Source: Bigelowiella natans CCMP2755 (lineage: Eukaryota > Protista > Cercozoa). Taken from it: 46,086 nucleotides of DNA. The stretch spans positions 1 through 46,086 of the forward strand of contig ADNK01000829.1 in NCBI GenBank assembly GCA_000320545.1, given 5' to 3'. This document shows positions 12,101-25,806 of the stretch, piece after piece; within the stretch, counting starts at the first letter, position 1, and each line of letters starts with the position of its first letter. The notes beneath the pieces are model-generated. The model did not search any database, was not told where the DNA came from, and saw only the letters and a program-made list of their open reading frames with translations. Made by a program: the position numbers and the translations under genes.

Positions 12101-12787
12101 CCACCCATGTCAAAGATTTAGACAAAATACAAGAGGTGCTTATGTGATTTCGTTGCGCCATATCAACATCCCAAATTTATATGATTAGTTTAAGCGGATA
12201 TTTGTTCATTATTGATTTGTTCTTAGGTTGCTTGTGGTAGTATGCATACGTTGGCAAGATCTGAAGATGGTGGAGTGTGGGCTTCTGGTTGTAATCATTT
12301 TGGACAGTTGGTGAGTGGTTATTATACTTCACAATCTATGATACTTGTTTGTGTAAAGCTGTGATCTTTATTCTTTTTCTAAACCTCGGATGGGTATATA
12401 ACAATAGGGGATGGATGGAAAAGATTACTTGAATCGTTTCACTCTGATTACGTCCTTAAAGGATAAAAATCCAAGATCCATAGCATGTGGAGCCGTGCAT
12501 TCATTCGTGATGTGCCCAAAGAAATGGCTGAAAGTGAGATAATTATGATTTAATGAAAAACGTAATTTCACATTTTAATCTGTAATCAGGATGAGGAAGT
12601 GGACAAATGTATGAAGTGTAACGTTCTTTTTACCTTCATCAATCGTCGCCATCATTGCCGAAATTGTTGCGGAATTTTCTGCAACAAGTGTTCAAACAAA
12701 AGGATTGCTATATTGTCCCTGAAGCTCAAAACACCTCAAAGAGTTTGTGATGCTTGCTATGCTCAGCTTCGAGCAAGAGCAAGATAG
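9126..12787 (+). CDS. PH + RCC1-repeat + FYVE domain protein (PRAF/RLD-like architecture, no BRX domain), multi-exon
   Basis: ATG 9126, MPKALSQ...ADLLKFGHHGKPKWRKFFL (PLC/PRAF-type PH domain). Multiple RCC1 repeats: IACGRSHN, VYTWGCNFFGQLGHGD, IACGSDFTV, GALGHGD, IACGAHHA, GQLGLG, VACGSMHTL. C-terminal FYVE: KWLK|DEEVDKCMKC...RRHHCRNCCGIFCNKC...RVCDAC, stop at 12787. Confidence 0.92.
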
Positions 12788-13344
12788 GAAACCAGTTTTT
12801 GACATGACAGAAGGATCCTATAAGGATGAGCAGCAGTACATCGAAAGTTTCATCTTCATTTTTAACTTGATCGATGGAAAAATAGTAAGCTAACAATAAA
12901 TCCTAATGGTATTGTTTGAAACGCGATTTTTATTTAATAAAAGCCCATGGTTCGTATTCAACTCATAATTTCATCATGTCTATAAGCCGGACATCACATG
13001 CGATGTCAGCGAGGTGTATAATGACTAAGAACATAGACACAATAACGATACGCTGCTAGACTGTGTCAAGTAGATGCAAAAAAGGTGCATCGCACACTGA
13101 CTTGGGAAAACGTTACACGGGCAATTATCATGCATACAGCCCGCCGCCGCACGCATACAAGTACTATATTGTCTGAATGCATAATACACTTGCGCGACAT
13201 CGACGACAGGACGACATTGACTGATGCATTCAAATGCATGAAACACGTGCGTGATCTCTGCCATGCATCATACCATAAACACACGTCGTAGACTCGTACA
13301 TATTTGGTGAGACGGACGTAATGGAGAAATTAAACGATTTCAAT

Positions 13345-13446
13345 GGTCATCCTGATGTAATTATGCAAAATAGCAGCTACAGCTCTTTATTTTGTGTCTA
13401 TTTGTGACTCTGCTATGCCCGTCTCTATATATATAATAGGATGACC
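13345..13446. repeat. Inverted pair of the dispersed GTCATCCT(A/G)... motif: copy C (+) 13345-13386 and copy D (-) 13421-13446
   Basis: GGTCATCCTGATGTAATTATGCAAAATAGCAGCTACAGCTCT faces GTCTCTATATATATAATAGGATGACC (reverse complement GGTCATCCTATTATATATATAGAGAC). Confidence 0.55.
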
Positions 13447-13991
13447 AAGGTAGCTCATAATCCATTTTATGTGTGTTCGATCCTGGACGGGAGTGCGATG
13501 CTACAAAAGCGCGAAGGGAGAAAATAATTAGGAAATTGAGCACCCCCTGCCGCTCTTCATATATTCATCACATTGTTTCGCTACGACGATCTTAGCACAG
13601 CCAGCAGGTCGTAACGTATGGCATTTTGGTGCCTGTTCGTGCACGTTTCGATTCGCTTCGGCGCATATAGCGAGAATAAAGCGGAATGAAAGGCGTTTGT
13701 TTTCAATGAGACATCATCGCACCTTTCATTAACTCGGCGTACTACCGCATTTTCAAGAGTCACGATCCTATGTTCTTCCGCTCGACAGAAAACATTTTCT
13801 ATTCCAATAGATGATGTACAATTTGGGAAACATATCTTTAAAAGAGCTAAGCATCTGGATTTCATTGCGGCATGGATTTTCAGCGATTCTAATTCTATGA
13901 TGTAAGAATACAATACGATACTTCTTCATCCCTCTCCTCTTTCTAGTCTCTCCATTTACAGCCTTTTCATGAGCAGAGTAAACTTCGTGAT

Positions 13992-14873
13992 TTAATACTT
14001 TCCATGAATATTTCCTGAATATTATTAAGTGTTTGTGTGAACACAAAGGTTATTGGATACAGCACCACCAATTTACAAACCCGTTCCAACAGTCTCCCTT
14101 TTTCGAGCTTCATCAAAGTCGTAGTTATTTGCGGCATATCCATTGGGAACCCATCCCCTCACTCGAATCTATTTTTTAAAGAAGATAGGCAGACGTGAGT
14201 TTCCGTGAAATCTAAATTTTGATTATTTACCGTTCGAAGCCTTTTTTGGGTGGCTTCATCTAAATCCTTTCTCATCCTTCGTTCCTCAATATTTTTCCTC
14301 TCTTTGAGATTCCCTTTCAAAGTTTGGACATATGGTTTTGGTGCTCCCTCGATTGTTGGCTCTCCTCTGCATTAAATGAAAAGCAAATCAATTTTTCAAA
14401 TTACTCCCTAGTTAAATGGTCAGCTAGATATTCAAAAATACACTAAACATACCCAGGATGATCCTTTCCTAAGTAGCTAGCATTTATGTTGCCAGGACGC
14501 CATGGAGTGCTCCACTTGAAGTTTCTGATCAAGGAATAAATACCGAGTTTTTAGAAGGAGTTCAAGTCATCGTAGGATGACAAAAGATGATCATCTCATT
14601 TACCGTGCCCGAGAAGCAGTATCATCTATTCTACCCTGGAGGACACTCTGTTTCAATTCTTTCATTTTCCTGAAGTAAAGAAATAATTCAAACTTGCTTA
14701 CTTCGAGAAGTCTTATTATCTTTGTACTTTGACGTTCTCTTTTGCAATTTCTTTGGGACGAGCTCATTCGTTGGTTCATATCTCAAGGAGCTACCACCGA
14801 AATAGTCACTTTTCACTCCAGGATTCCCCCAGGGCTTCAGGGGCTTGTGGGCTGGTGCGGCTGTTTTTCGCAT
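13992..14873 (-). CDS. Hypothetical basic protein, 6 exons
   Basis: Exons join in frame across short GT-AG introns: MRKTAAPAHKPLKPWGNPG...KRTSK|KMKELKQSVLQGRIDDTASRAR|NFKWSTPWRPGNINASYLGKDHPG|GEPTIEGAPKPYVQ...KRLRT|IRVRGWVPNGYAANNYDFDEARKRETVGT|GNIHGKY*. Confidence 0.7.
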
Positions 14874-15392
14874 GATGAGTTTTAGGTAGATTAAACTTGT
14901 ATTCTTCTGCACCTATCCCTCCGTTTCAATTAGAACCGTAGAGTTGTATAAAATGTCAAACAGTTCTTTATTCTTGAAGAGCTCTGTATGAGGTCACAAG
15001 TCCTCCTCCTCCTCCTCCTCCCTGAGTGGTGTATGAGGGCAGTTACGATACTCTCTCGATGGGTTGAACTATGTTGACTACTGCTGTCTTTAATTGCTAC
15101 GACAACAACCATGTACTAGACAATTCTTGTTCTACGACAAAGATTAAATCCATTATTTTCTAGATTTTTTTTTTTTTTTATACAATCACCTGTATTTACG
15201 TTTAGTCTCCCTAGTTTAATATGTGTGCATGTGTGCATTATTTGTGTGAATTTTCCAATCATTTAGTTAGTTATTCTAGTCGCATATCCTTGACTGCCCA
15301 GCTATATTTATTATTTATGATTTGACACCGATTAATAATAAGTGATTTTGCATGGTAAGCTTCCGGCTAGGCTGGCTCTACTAATTCTTGCG

Positions 15393-15400
15393 TAGATCTA
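15393..15400. promoter_or_regulatory. TAGATCTA palindrome in a head-to-head intergenic region
   Basis: CGTAGATCTAG lies between the divergent starts at 14873 (-) and 15828 (+), with a (CAA)n tract about 60 bp downstream. Confidence 0.45.
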
Positions 15401-15827
15401 GAACACGAAGAAACTTCTACGATATTAGATGATCTAATCGTTGTCCAGTAGAGTATTCTTTGCAACAACAACAACAACAACAACATCATCATCATCATCA
15501 TCAACACAGTTGCTGTGCTTTGCCACCACCACCATCATCTCACCATCATCATCGTACAGTCTGGACAACCCACTTGTAGTAAAACAAATACTACCATTCT
15601 ACGATTCCAAGGGGAGGAGAAGGAGGAAACCAGCAGCTAGTGACAGAAGCACATATTTCTCGTCTTCTCTCACGTTTTTACCGTTTATACTCGACTGGCC
15701 TTGTAGTTTTGAAAGCGCGAGCAATAGCACTTTAACATTGAGGAGGCATATACGTTGAACGCAGGGGAATTATCGTCCTCACACTGCGAATTTGCGAGAG
15801 CGAATTCCAAGACCCAAAGGAGGCACA

Positions 15828-16687
15828 ATGAGTGAGAAAGAAGGCCCCTCTTTGACTACGGCAACTAGAAGTTTCGATGAGACTACTAGCAAAAAGAGTG
15901 AGTCCTACGATGAAAATGTCGTTCACCGCCGCATAAGTTGTCGCTCAACCATCTCCTTTTGCTTTGTGGTGTTATTATATCTGGCTTATCGTGGTTCACC
16001 GGTCTTCGTCTTACTTGCGAAGAATTACCACCTCTCTTTAAAAGAAGGTACGGTACTATATCACTACTTCTTAACAATCCTCCATCGCTGTAGTTGCTCA
16101 TAATAGTTGCATCATCGAAAAATTTCAGCAAAAGCTGCGGGAATGTTTTGGAACTGAAAAAGTAATTTGCTAACACAGTTTTAATCTTAAGAAGGCTGGT
16201 ATAAGATTTAATTCATTTCCTCATCAAACAAAACAGGCGAATATCTTCCGAAATAAATTTTCCCCTGAGGAAGTGTATGGGAATTAATGACAGTGAAAGC
16301 TTTGCAGGGTGAGTAGTAGTAAAAAGTAGTTGATATCATTATTAAAGCTGTATACAAAATAGTCATGGTATGTATTACGAAATTATATATGAAAGCTACT
16401 GCTGCAGTAAAGAAACGCCTCCCAAAGTAGTTTGCATGTATTTGACAAGGCATAATAGTAGAAGAAATGTGGGCATCATACCCACTGCGGATGATGATGA
16501 CGATGACGATGACGATGACGATGATGATGATGATGATGATGATGCAGCAGCAAATATGCCACCTACGATGACGGCCATGTACATTTGTGTACATTTGACC
16601 ACAATGTACATAATGTGACAAACAAGTGCTCTTACACACGCTTGCAGAATCCTCAATCTCCCCCCCCCCCCTTCCCTCTCTGTCTCA

Positions 16688-16744
<57 letters not shown>

Positions 16745-17288
16745 TACACATACACATACACACCCGGATAACAAAATTATCGTTTAATATTTCTCTTTGA
16801 CAACATGCAATTGTGTAGTTCTAAACGCAGACGGGAGGACGAGCAATGGGGAATGGTATCAGGCATTACTGGAAGCAATATCATGTATATATCTATCTCC
16901 TGCTGCATTATGTATTATGTTGCAGCTGTTAATATTGATGATCATGCACAAAAAAACGATGTTTGGGCACGAGAAGGAACAAAACAGGCGAAGGATTTTT
17001 AAATAGAAAGGATTGAAATTATAAGAAGAAGATGATGATCAAGTAAAAAATGAAAACATGATTAAGGATAAGAAAAAGGAAGGAAATAGTGAAGAACTGG
17101 TTGAACATAAAATAATGTTCTTAGTCCAAATACGAAGAGAGCAAGATCTCACCTGCTCACAATGGATACTAAGGTTTTTCTTATCATATATCCTTCATTA
17201 ATGATGACAAATTATGGAAATTATTGTTGCAAATTTGTTTTTCATTGTCAAGTGTTTTACAACAATTCACCGACTTGGGAGGATACTG

Positions 17289-17325
<37 letters not shown>

Positions 17326-17328
17326 ATC

Positions 17329-17366
<38 letters not shown>

Positions 17367-17997
17367 AATTAGTCCCCTTCTTCTTCTTGTTCTTCCTGTT
17401 TGTTCTTCTCAGAGAGCAGCAGCAAATCCATCGTCATCACTCTTCCCACTTGGGACTAGTAGTAGTACTGACTCTCCACCTTCTTCTTCTTCCACATCTT
17501 TTCTCTTTGGTAATATTATTATTTTCAGTCATTGAATAGTTGAAATCATATCCAATTACTGTAGGTACAAAGTTATTACGATATGATGATGATGATGATG
17601 AAGAAGAAGAAGAAGAAGAAGAAGAAGATCACTGTACTGTCTGATGAGGCAGCACCAACACCATTAACTACAACATTTCTTCTTCTTTTTATTCCTCTTT
17701 TCCTTCTTCTTCTTCTTCAGCATCTGAGGAGAGGCCTAACGAAGATGCCAAGAATACTATCGTTTATCAAGAAGATCCTGCTCCCCTCCCTACTCTTCTC
17801 GTAACCAAACAAACTGAAATTGAGGAGTCTTCTCCCCTTGCTTCATCCCCAAGTCCTCCTCCCTCTACTACTACTCCTACAACAACAACAGCTGCCACCA
17901 TGAAAGGAGGAGGTACTACTACTACTACTACTTCTACTACTACTGTCATGACGGAGACTTCTAAGAAGACTCATTGTAGTTTCAAGTAGAAGAGAAG

Positions 17998-18040
<43 letters not shown>

Positions 18041-18288
18041 GCAGCAGGATATGTGAATAATACGAGACATAATTATCATCATTGTGTTGCTGAGCATAGT
18101 CATCATCATCATCATTGGGTTGAACATTACACTCTCTACCTGCATTTTTACCAATAGTTGTCATTACTCCAAAATGATTTGTTTGTTATCGATTTTAATA
18201 GCAGTAAAGCATTATAGTATTATTGTTATGATTATTAGTATTGTAATTGAATTAATGACGATGTATGGCAATAATTTGCATCATGTAT

Positions 18289-18321
<33 letters not shown>

Positions 18322-18875
18322 AGATCTTGCTGGTGTTGCAGGAGCGGCAGTGCATAATCAACAATCTCTTACACGGACAATAACAACAACAACAACCAAC
18401 AAAACGACGATATATCCAGTGGTACTTCTACTACTACTACTACTACTACTACTGCTGCTGCTACTTGATGGTCCTAATTTATTTTCGTAATTAAGTACCA
18501 GCACTACCTACTTCATACTTTTTACGATGATTTAGTTTCTCCCTGATGACCTCTCCTCTTCCTCCTCCTCCTCCTCCTCCCCTTTAAATTGCCTTTAATC
18601 GTCAATCATTAACTAGTCAATTCTTATCTCTTGTATAGATATATTGCAAGCATATCTGAATACTAAATATCAGGATTTATAATCATCAATCAACCAATCC
18701 ATCAATACTGACAATTAATCTTTTTGCAGGATTCGTCATTATCATCATCGTCGTCTTCGTCTTTAGTCCACGCACCACCACCAGCAACAGCAGCAGCAGC
18801 AGCAAATGTGTTATTATCAGGAGGAGGAAACACACAATCAGGTAATAACTTGAAGTACTACATTTGTGTAGAGTA

Positions 18876-18908
<33 letters not shown>

Positions 18909-19680
18909 ACAGTAACAAAAAGATAAGAATACTAGTATGAACGTAACAACGACGTGCTAGTACCATGTATCTATCAAAGACAACGACGGTCACAATGGTG
19001 ATAAATTCATAGAGTATAAGCAGCCGCATGTTGTTCAATCATCTTAATATTGATCATAATAACATTAATAATAAATAATAAAATGATAATAATAATAATA
19101 ATAATAATAGTAGCGAGTAGAAGTAGTAGGAGGAGGAGGAGGAGGAGCATAGTATCTCCAAGAAGAGCTCATACACATGACTGACGAATATTGAATAATG
19201 TACAATTTAAACACTAGTAGGTGGTAAAGATGATAATGTTGTTATTAACTCTGCTGCTCTGGATCATCGTATTACAAGTGCTGATATGGAAGAAGAAGAA
19301 GAAGAAGAGGACATTTATCGTTCATCCTCAACTAAATTAATACCTGCAACAGCACTAGCTAACTCTGATGATCAGCAGCAGCAGCAGCAGCCTATTCGTG
19401 AAACACCTTCTTCTTCTTCGTCTCCTTTGGTTACGACTAGTTATGACGACGAAGAAAAAGAAGAAGAAGAAGAAGAAGGGGAGGACGATGAAACAACATC
19501 CATTGGCTTTGGCGCAGTAATTACAATTATTATATATTATTATGAGGATTTGAATAATATTTAATGTCATCAAGTAGTAACAGCTCATTCAACTAACTTT
19601 GCGTGAAAATGGTGGATGATAAGGAATACATGATGATGATATATAAATTGTAGTATACTACTACAGAGGAAACAGCCATT

Positions 19681-19712
<32 letters not shown>

Positions 19713-19854
19713 TATCATCAAAATACTACTTTGATTATATGTAATTAACTAGTAATTCATCACCGCAGAAGAGAACCAAACACAAAGCAGTAGTGGTAGT
19801 AGTAGTAGTATATCGATTCAGCAGCAAGCAGCATTCATCATCATCATCCAATTA

Positions 19855-19889
<35 letters not shown>

Positions 19890-21359
19890 TGCAACCAATG
19901 CACAAAGGATACTCCAGGAACGTTTCTAGAAAAAGTCAATTCCATGGAAATCGGCGACAAGTGAGTGAAAAAAATAACAAGTAGAATAAGGAGAATACAT
20001 GTTGTTCAAATGTGTATGTTGTTGATTTAGTGGTTAGTACACAGGTAGTATTCTGTGTATAATGAATATATGTATTATAAGCTTACTCGTCGTGTCCCCT
20101 CAGTCCTATTAGGCAAATCACCTTCTTTTTCTTCTTCTTCATGCATGCTCTAATGCTTCTCAAATAATGATCAAATCAGATTTGAGTTTCAAAGCTTGCT
20201 CGGAAAAGGAAGCTATGGACAAGTACTTATTCTTGGCATTATTATGCATATTATGAGTAGTATTTCTAATAAATAGTGAGCACTAAGAAAAAGTGTGTGA
20301 GTAGGTAAGTAGTATGATTAGTAGCATATTGTAATAATGGCGGCAATGAATAAGTTGGTAGTTGATTACTCTCTGAACAAGCGAACAACTGATCGACGAG
20401 TAGTGATGATAATGATAATGATGATGATTGTGGTGCTGGTGACGTCAATCAAAATCATCATGCCATCATGCTTATAAACCAGCAACGCCACCTTTTCATA
20501 GGATTAGTGAGTAAATATACATATAGTATATATGTATGTATGTATGTATGTATGTACATAATATTGGGTACTAATCGATGATACCTAGTACTATGATGCA
20601 AGTAAGATTTGAGATAACATATACCTACTCTACCATGATGAAAGAGAAGAAGAAGAAGAAGATGAAGAAGAAGAAAATGATCATTCCTCCTTTCTTCTAG
20701 TATGTTTTCTTCTCCTCCTGTGGTGGTAGTACAAAATAGTTATTATGTAGTTGTCAATTTGGAACTACGGTGCTGCCACTGATGAGACTATACTTATAGA
20801 TATTATCGTGTTTCAATTCTTTCTCAAATGAAAATTTATTTGGTTGTTGCTCCTTCACCTCCTTCTTCTCTTCCTCCTCCTCTCCTCCTACTCCTCCCGT
20901 TTCTATGAATAATAAGGTGTACTTGGCCAAAAGTAAGGCATCCAAAACTAAAGTAGCGATTAAGCGCCTCAAGGTAGTAGTAGTTGTAGTAGTAGTTGTT
21001 TCACAAATATCAGTCGTAGAGAAGGATCCTGAGAGTAATAACATCTATAAGTAGTAGTAAATATCTGCATGCTTGATTTTTAATGCCTTATTAGTCGCCG
21101 TCGTCATTGTCGTCGTCTTAAATTATTCCTTAATAGAAATAATGAAAGTATATGCAGTTAATAATTTCCATTTTTTTGTCTCATGATTGCTTTGGATTAT
21201 GCGAGCAAGTTGCAGTTGTCCTGATAATGTTAATACTCTCACGATAAGTATATATCTCGTTTCTATTTCTTCTTCCATCAAATTATTATATTCAAATGTG
21301 TTTAGGTGGTCAACAATGCAATCTATGGCAAACGATTACTGAGAGAATTACGGTATGTT

Positions 21360-21392
<33 letters not shown>

Positions 21393-21466
21393 ATGAGATA
21401 TTGAATATTACGCGAGGTACTGATTCTTCCACATGTGTTGGTTGGTTGGTTGGTGGCAGAATGCAA

Positions 21467-21503
<37 letters not shown>

Positions 21504-21884
21504 TGAATTAATATTTTGATTGCATGCTTGCTTATGGTGTGAAAAAGGAAACAACTTATGGTTGTTGTTGTTGTTGTTGTTGTTGTTGTATCTGTCGTCT
21601 AGCCATACTTGTCTACAACTAGTTTCATTCTTCTCGTTGTAAACACATAACTGCTCTTTCACTTCTTCCCCCTCCTCATCTTCTTCTCACTCTAATACTT
21701 TGAGCAACACCACCACCATTATCTTCTACCTTATCCTTAGGATCTTGCGCTTATGTTCTCATGAAAATATTATCAAGCTTTTGGATGTAATGATGATGAT
21801 GATGATGATATGAGTCATAATCACAATATTATGAGTGCAGGAACAACAACTACTATAAACGATTGATTCACGACAGCATGAAAA

Positions 21885-21924
<40 letters not shown>

Positions 21925-22382
21925 GCGAAGAAGGACTTTATCATCACCTTCTTTTTCTCTCTCCCACAGTATTATTAACATTATTATTATTACTATTATT
22001 TACATTCTACATAACATATCAATATATCATTGGCACTATTGGCTTAGGTGCGACCTGTCTTTAGAGAGAAACAATCTTCTCACCTTTGGTAATAATAACA
22101 TTATTCATGATCGATCATCATCAATTGTATTATAATAATAATAAATTCATGTGTGAAATATTCGAGCTGAAGAAGTATTCAGCTCAAGGAGGAAAATCAT
22201 GCTACGCACCCTAAAACATCAATATTCAAATTTTGTTTACTTAACTAAATGTTTATGTTTACTATATTGTTGTTGATGATGATTATGGTGTTCATAAAGG
22301 ACAACAACACACTACTACACACAATTGCCCATGATCTCCTCTTCTTCTTCTTCTTCTTCTTCTTCTTCTTCTTCTATTTTTT

Positions 22383-22421
<39 letters not shown>

Positions 22422-22667
22422 GCAGAAAGACACATTAATACACATCTCACCATATAAACTGCTGCTGCAACAACAACCCTTACTTGAACATGATTGATGA
22501 TGCTGTCTGATGCTGCTGCTGCTGCTGTATTTCCTCCTTTGTTGTTGTTGTATATGCTATGTAGCGAGTTGCTCCTTGTGTTTCAATATGCTGACACCGA
22601 TTTGGAGAAACTTATACATTCAAATAGGTAGTAGTAGTAGTAGTAGGAGGAGGAGGTACAGGAGAGT

Positions 22668-22702
<35 letters not shown>

Positions 22703-22803
22703 TCTATAATCATCAAATATGTATTTATGGAAGAATTATTTTAAAAATAATAATACTATTATAGTATGGAATAGTATAAAAAGTAGTAAGTAGCTTATAA
22801 AAC

Positions 22804-22842
<39 letters not shown>

Positions 22843-22918
22843 AATAATACAATACATTCTTTTACCTATTCTGATTGTAAAAAGAGATTGTTAGTCTTCT
22901 CTTCCTCTATGCACGTTA

Positions 22919-22976
<58 letters not shown>

Positions 22977-23632
22977 TAAAGCAGCAGCAGTAGCCTCCTT
23001 ATGAGAAGTGATTGATAATGATGTGATTATTTTTTATTAGAAACTTCTTGGATGTTCACATTCAATATTTCATTTACCAAATTTTGTTGGCCCTCAAGTA
23101 CCTCCATTCTTCTAAAGTACTAAGAAATACTACTACTACTACAAATATAATAACTTCACAGTTGAATGATCATCATATGCTTTCAATCAGAAACTAATCC
23201 ACAGATGATATCACGTTTATTGTTATTATGATCTGAAACTTTCTAACAATTCTTAATACTACTACTACAGTAGTAGTAGTAGTAGTAGTAGTAGTAGTTG
23301 TAGCTATTAGTAATAGTAGCAATTGTACTCATCAATGCTCTCATCATCATCATCTCTCCATCATATGCGTTGTTGTTGTTGTTGTTGTTTGTTGCTAAAT
23401 AGATCATACACAGAGACATTAAGCCGGCAAACATCTTCATCAATACGTAATAATAATAATGATAATAATAACAAATAATAACAAATAATAATAATATGTA
23501 ATGCTATTAGTAGTTCATAGCATTTGTATACTACTCACCGTGATAGTAAGCATTATTATCATCCAAATCTCGACGTTTGCATAATTTCTACGTACGAAAT
23601 TTGATTTGGATTGTTGCAATTAAATCAGATTC

Positions 23633-23679
<47 letters not shown>

Positions 23680-24028
23680 CCCCCCCCCCCACCTTCTTCT
23701 GTCCCTCTTAATGTTTGTAGAAATTGTGATCTTTTTCTCGGAGATTTTGGCCTTGCACGTGGCACACATGAGGAGGGGGAGGGGGGGGGGGATGAGAAGA
23801 AGGCGACGACGACGATGATGACATGTAGGTCAGACGAAATTGGAAGAGGAGGGGGAGGATGTGACTTTGAGGTAGTTTCTAACTCTACACTCCAACAATG
23901 AAATCATCCTTTCATCATTCGTATGTAGTGGCGCACTAGTACTACTACTTTTCAGCATATGTATTAGCAAACATCCTGCAGCACAATAAATAATATCATC
24001 CTGAATATTTCTCTCTATTTCTCTCTCC

Positions 24029-24061
<33 letters not shown>

Positions 24062-24552
24062 GTCTGTCGTTGTTCTTCCTCCTCTCCTCCTCCTCGCAGG
24101 TGCCTCGTGATCCTTCTTCCCCTTATTCCAAAGAAGGAAAAGAATTGAGCAGGAGGAGAGAGAAGAAGAAGACTTCATCGGCTAGTAGTAGTAGTAGTAT
24201 TGTTAGCAGTGGACGTGCTACCAGCACCACCACCACCAGTAGTAGTAGTAATGGTGTACACTCAAGAACGTCTAAGACGATGCACCAACAACAGACAACA
24301 AGAACGTCTAAGATGATAAAGCAACAACAGACAACTCCTTCCTCATTTTTTTCATCCCCCACCTCCTTCTCATTCACCTCACCTCCCCTTGCATCATCCT
24401 CCACATCATCATCATCACCATCATCATTATCACCATCATCTTCGACTGCCATTCAAAAGCCGGCTATTCAAAGAAGTAATTAATAACAAGTTTAAAGATA
24501 AATGGATGTGTTATTATTATGACGATGATCTTCTTCTAATAATAATAACAAT

Positions 24553-24583
<31 letters not shown>

Positions 24584-24993
24584 TTACTAATACTACTACT
24601 TAATAATAGGCTACACAACCCACGTTGTAACACGATGGTACAGAGCTCCAGAGTTGATGCTGATGGAGGGCATTTACACTTGTGCTATTGATGTTTGGTA
24701 CTTGTATTTTTTAGTAGTTTGATGGCAGTAGATCATGCTCTGGTGGTGATGATGATGATGATGAAAATGGTGTAATGTTCATAATGCACGACATAGTAGT
24801 TGATTGTAGATATGATGATCATGTATCATAAGAAGAAAGAAGACAGAAGAAGAAGAAGACATTGCTTGTTTGCTTGTTTCCTTGTTATTGAGGAGGTCGT
24901 CATCGTGTGTTGTTTGGTGTTCTTCGTTGATCTTTTCTTTTGATATCATCATATGACGATATATCATCCTGATGATTTGATCATCGTCCTATG

Positions 24994-25028
<35 letters not shown>

Positions 25029-25637
25029 ATTATTATTACTATTATCAGGTCTGTTGGATGTATTTTGGCTGAATTGCTTGGTATGCTTAAAGAAAGCAAC
25101 ATTCCTGCAGCAGAAAGGTGAGGATGATGATGATGATGAAGAAGAAGATGATGATGATGATGATGACCATGATACTAACACTTCTCAATGGCAGCATAGC
25201 TTATTTCTTTCTTGTTTTGGAGAAGCTAACAACAGGACTGACTGACTGACACCTATATATGGGAATATTATTCAAGAGCAGTTATGATGTTGTCTGTCGT
25301 TTGATTGGTATATTGTGTAGTATCATCAAATAATCTAGAAATCCTACTACTACTACCACTACTACTAGGAGACCTCTGTTCCCAGGCCGCACTTGCTTTC
25401 CTCTCTCTGCTGAAGATGACACTGCGTAATAATCATAATAATCATGATAACAATAATTATAAGGTTATAGTAAAATATCATCCTGCTGACGACATCGAAC
25501 AAGAATAATAATCGCTGTCGTCTAATATCATCCTTCTGACGACATCGAACAAGAATAATAATCGCTGTCGTCTCGTTGTCACTCGCGGGGGACACATAAT
25601 ATATAAATTAGCCATTGTAATTATTATATTTGATAAC

Positions 25638-25682
<45 letters not shown>

Positions 25683-25774
25683 CCTCCTACGTGTGTGCAT
25701 GTGTTATTTTCTTACTTACCACAACAAATTGTAACAATATTTAAACTAAGATTCTGAAGATTTACAGCTACCAC

Positions 25775-25806
<32 letters not shown>

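Noticed and set aside
13421-13760. Complete Helitron starting TCTCTATATATA
   Set aside because: No 3' hairpin plus CTRR terminus and no Rep/helicase sequence was found.
24660-24697. Apparent frameshift in the MAPK after RAPE (ORF track reads GHLHLCY*)
   Set aside because: That is a different frame; the spliced frame reads [16 protein letters not shown] without interruption.
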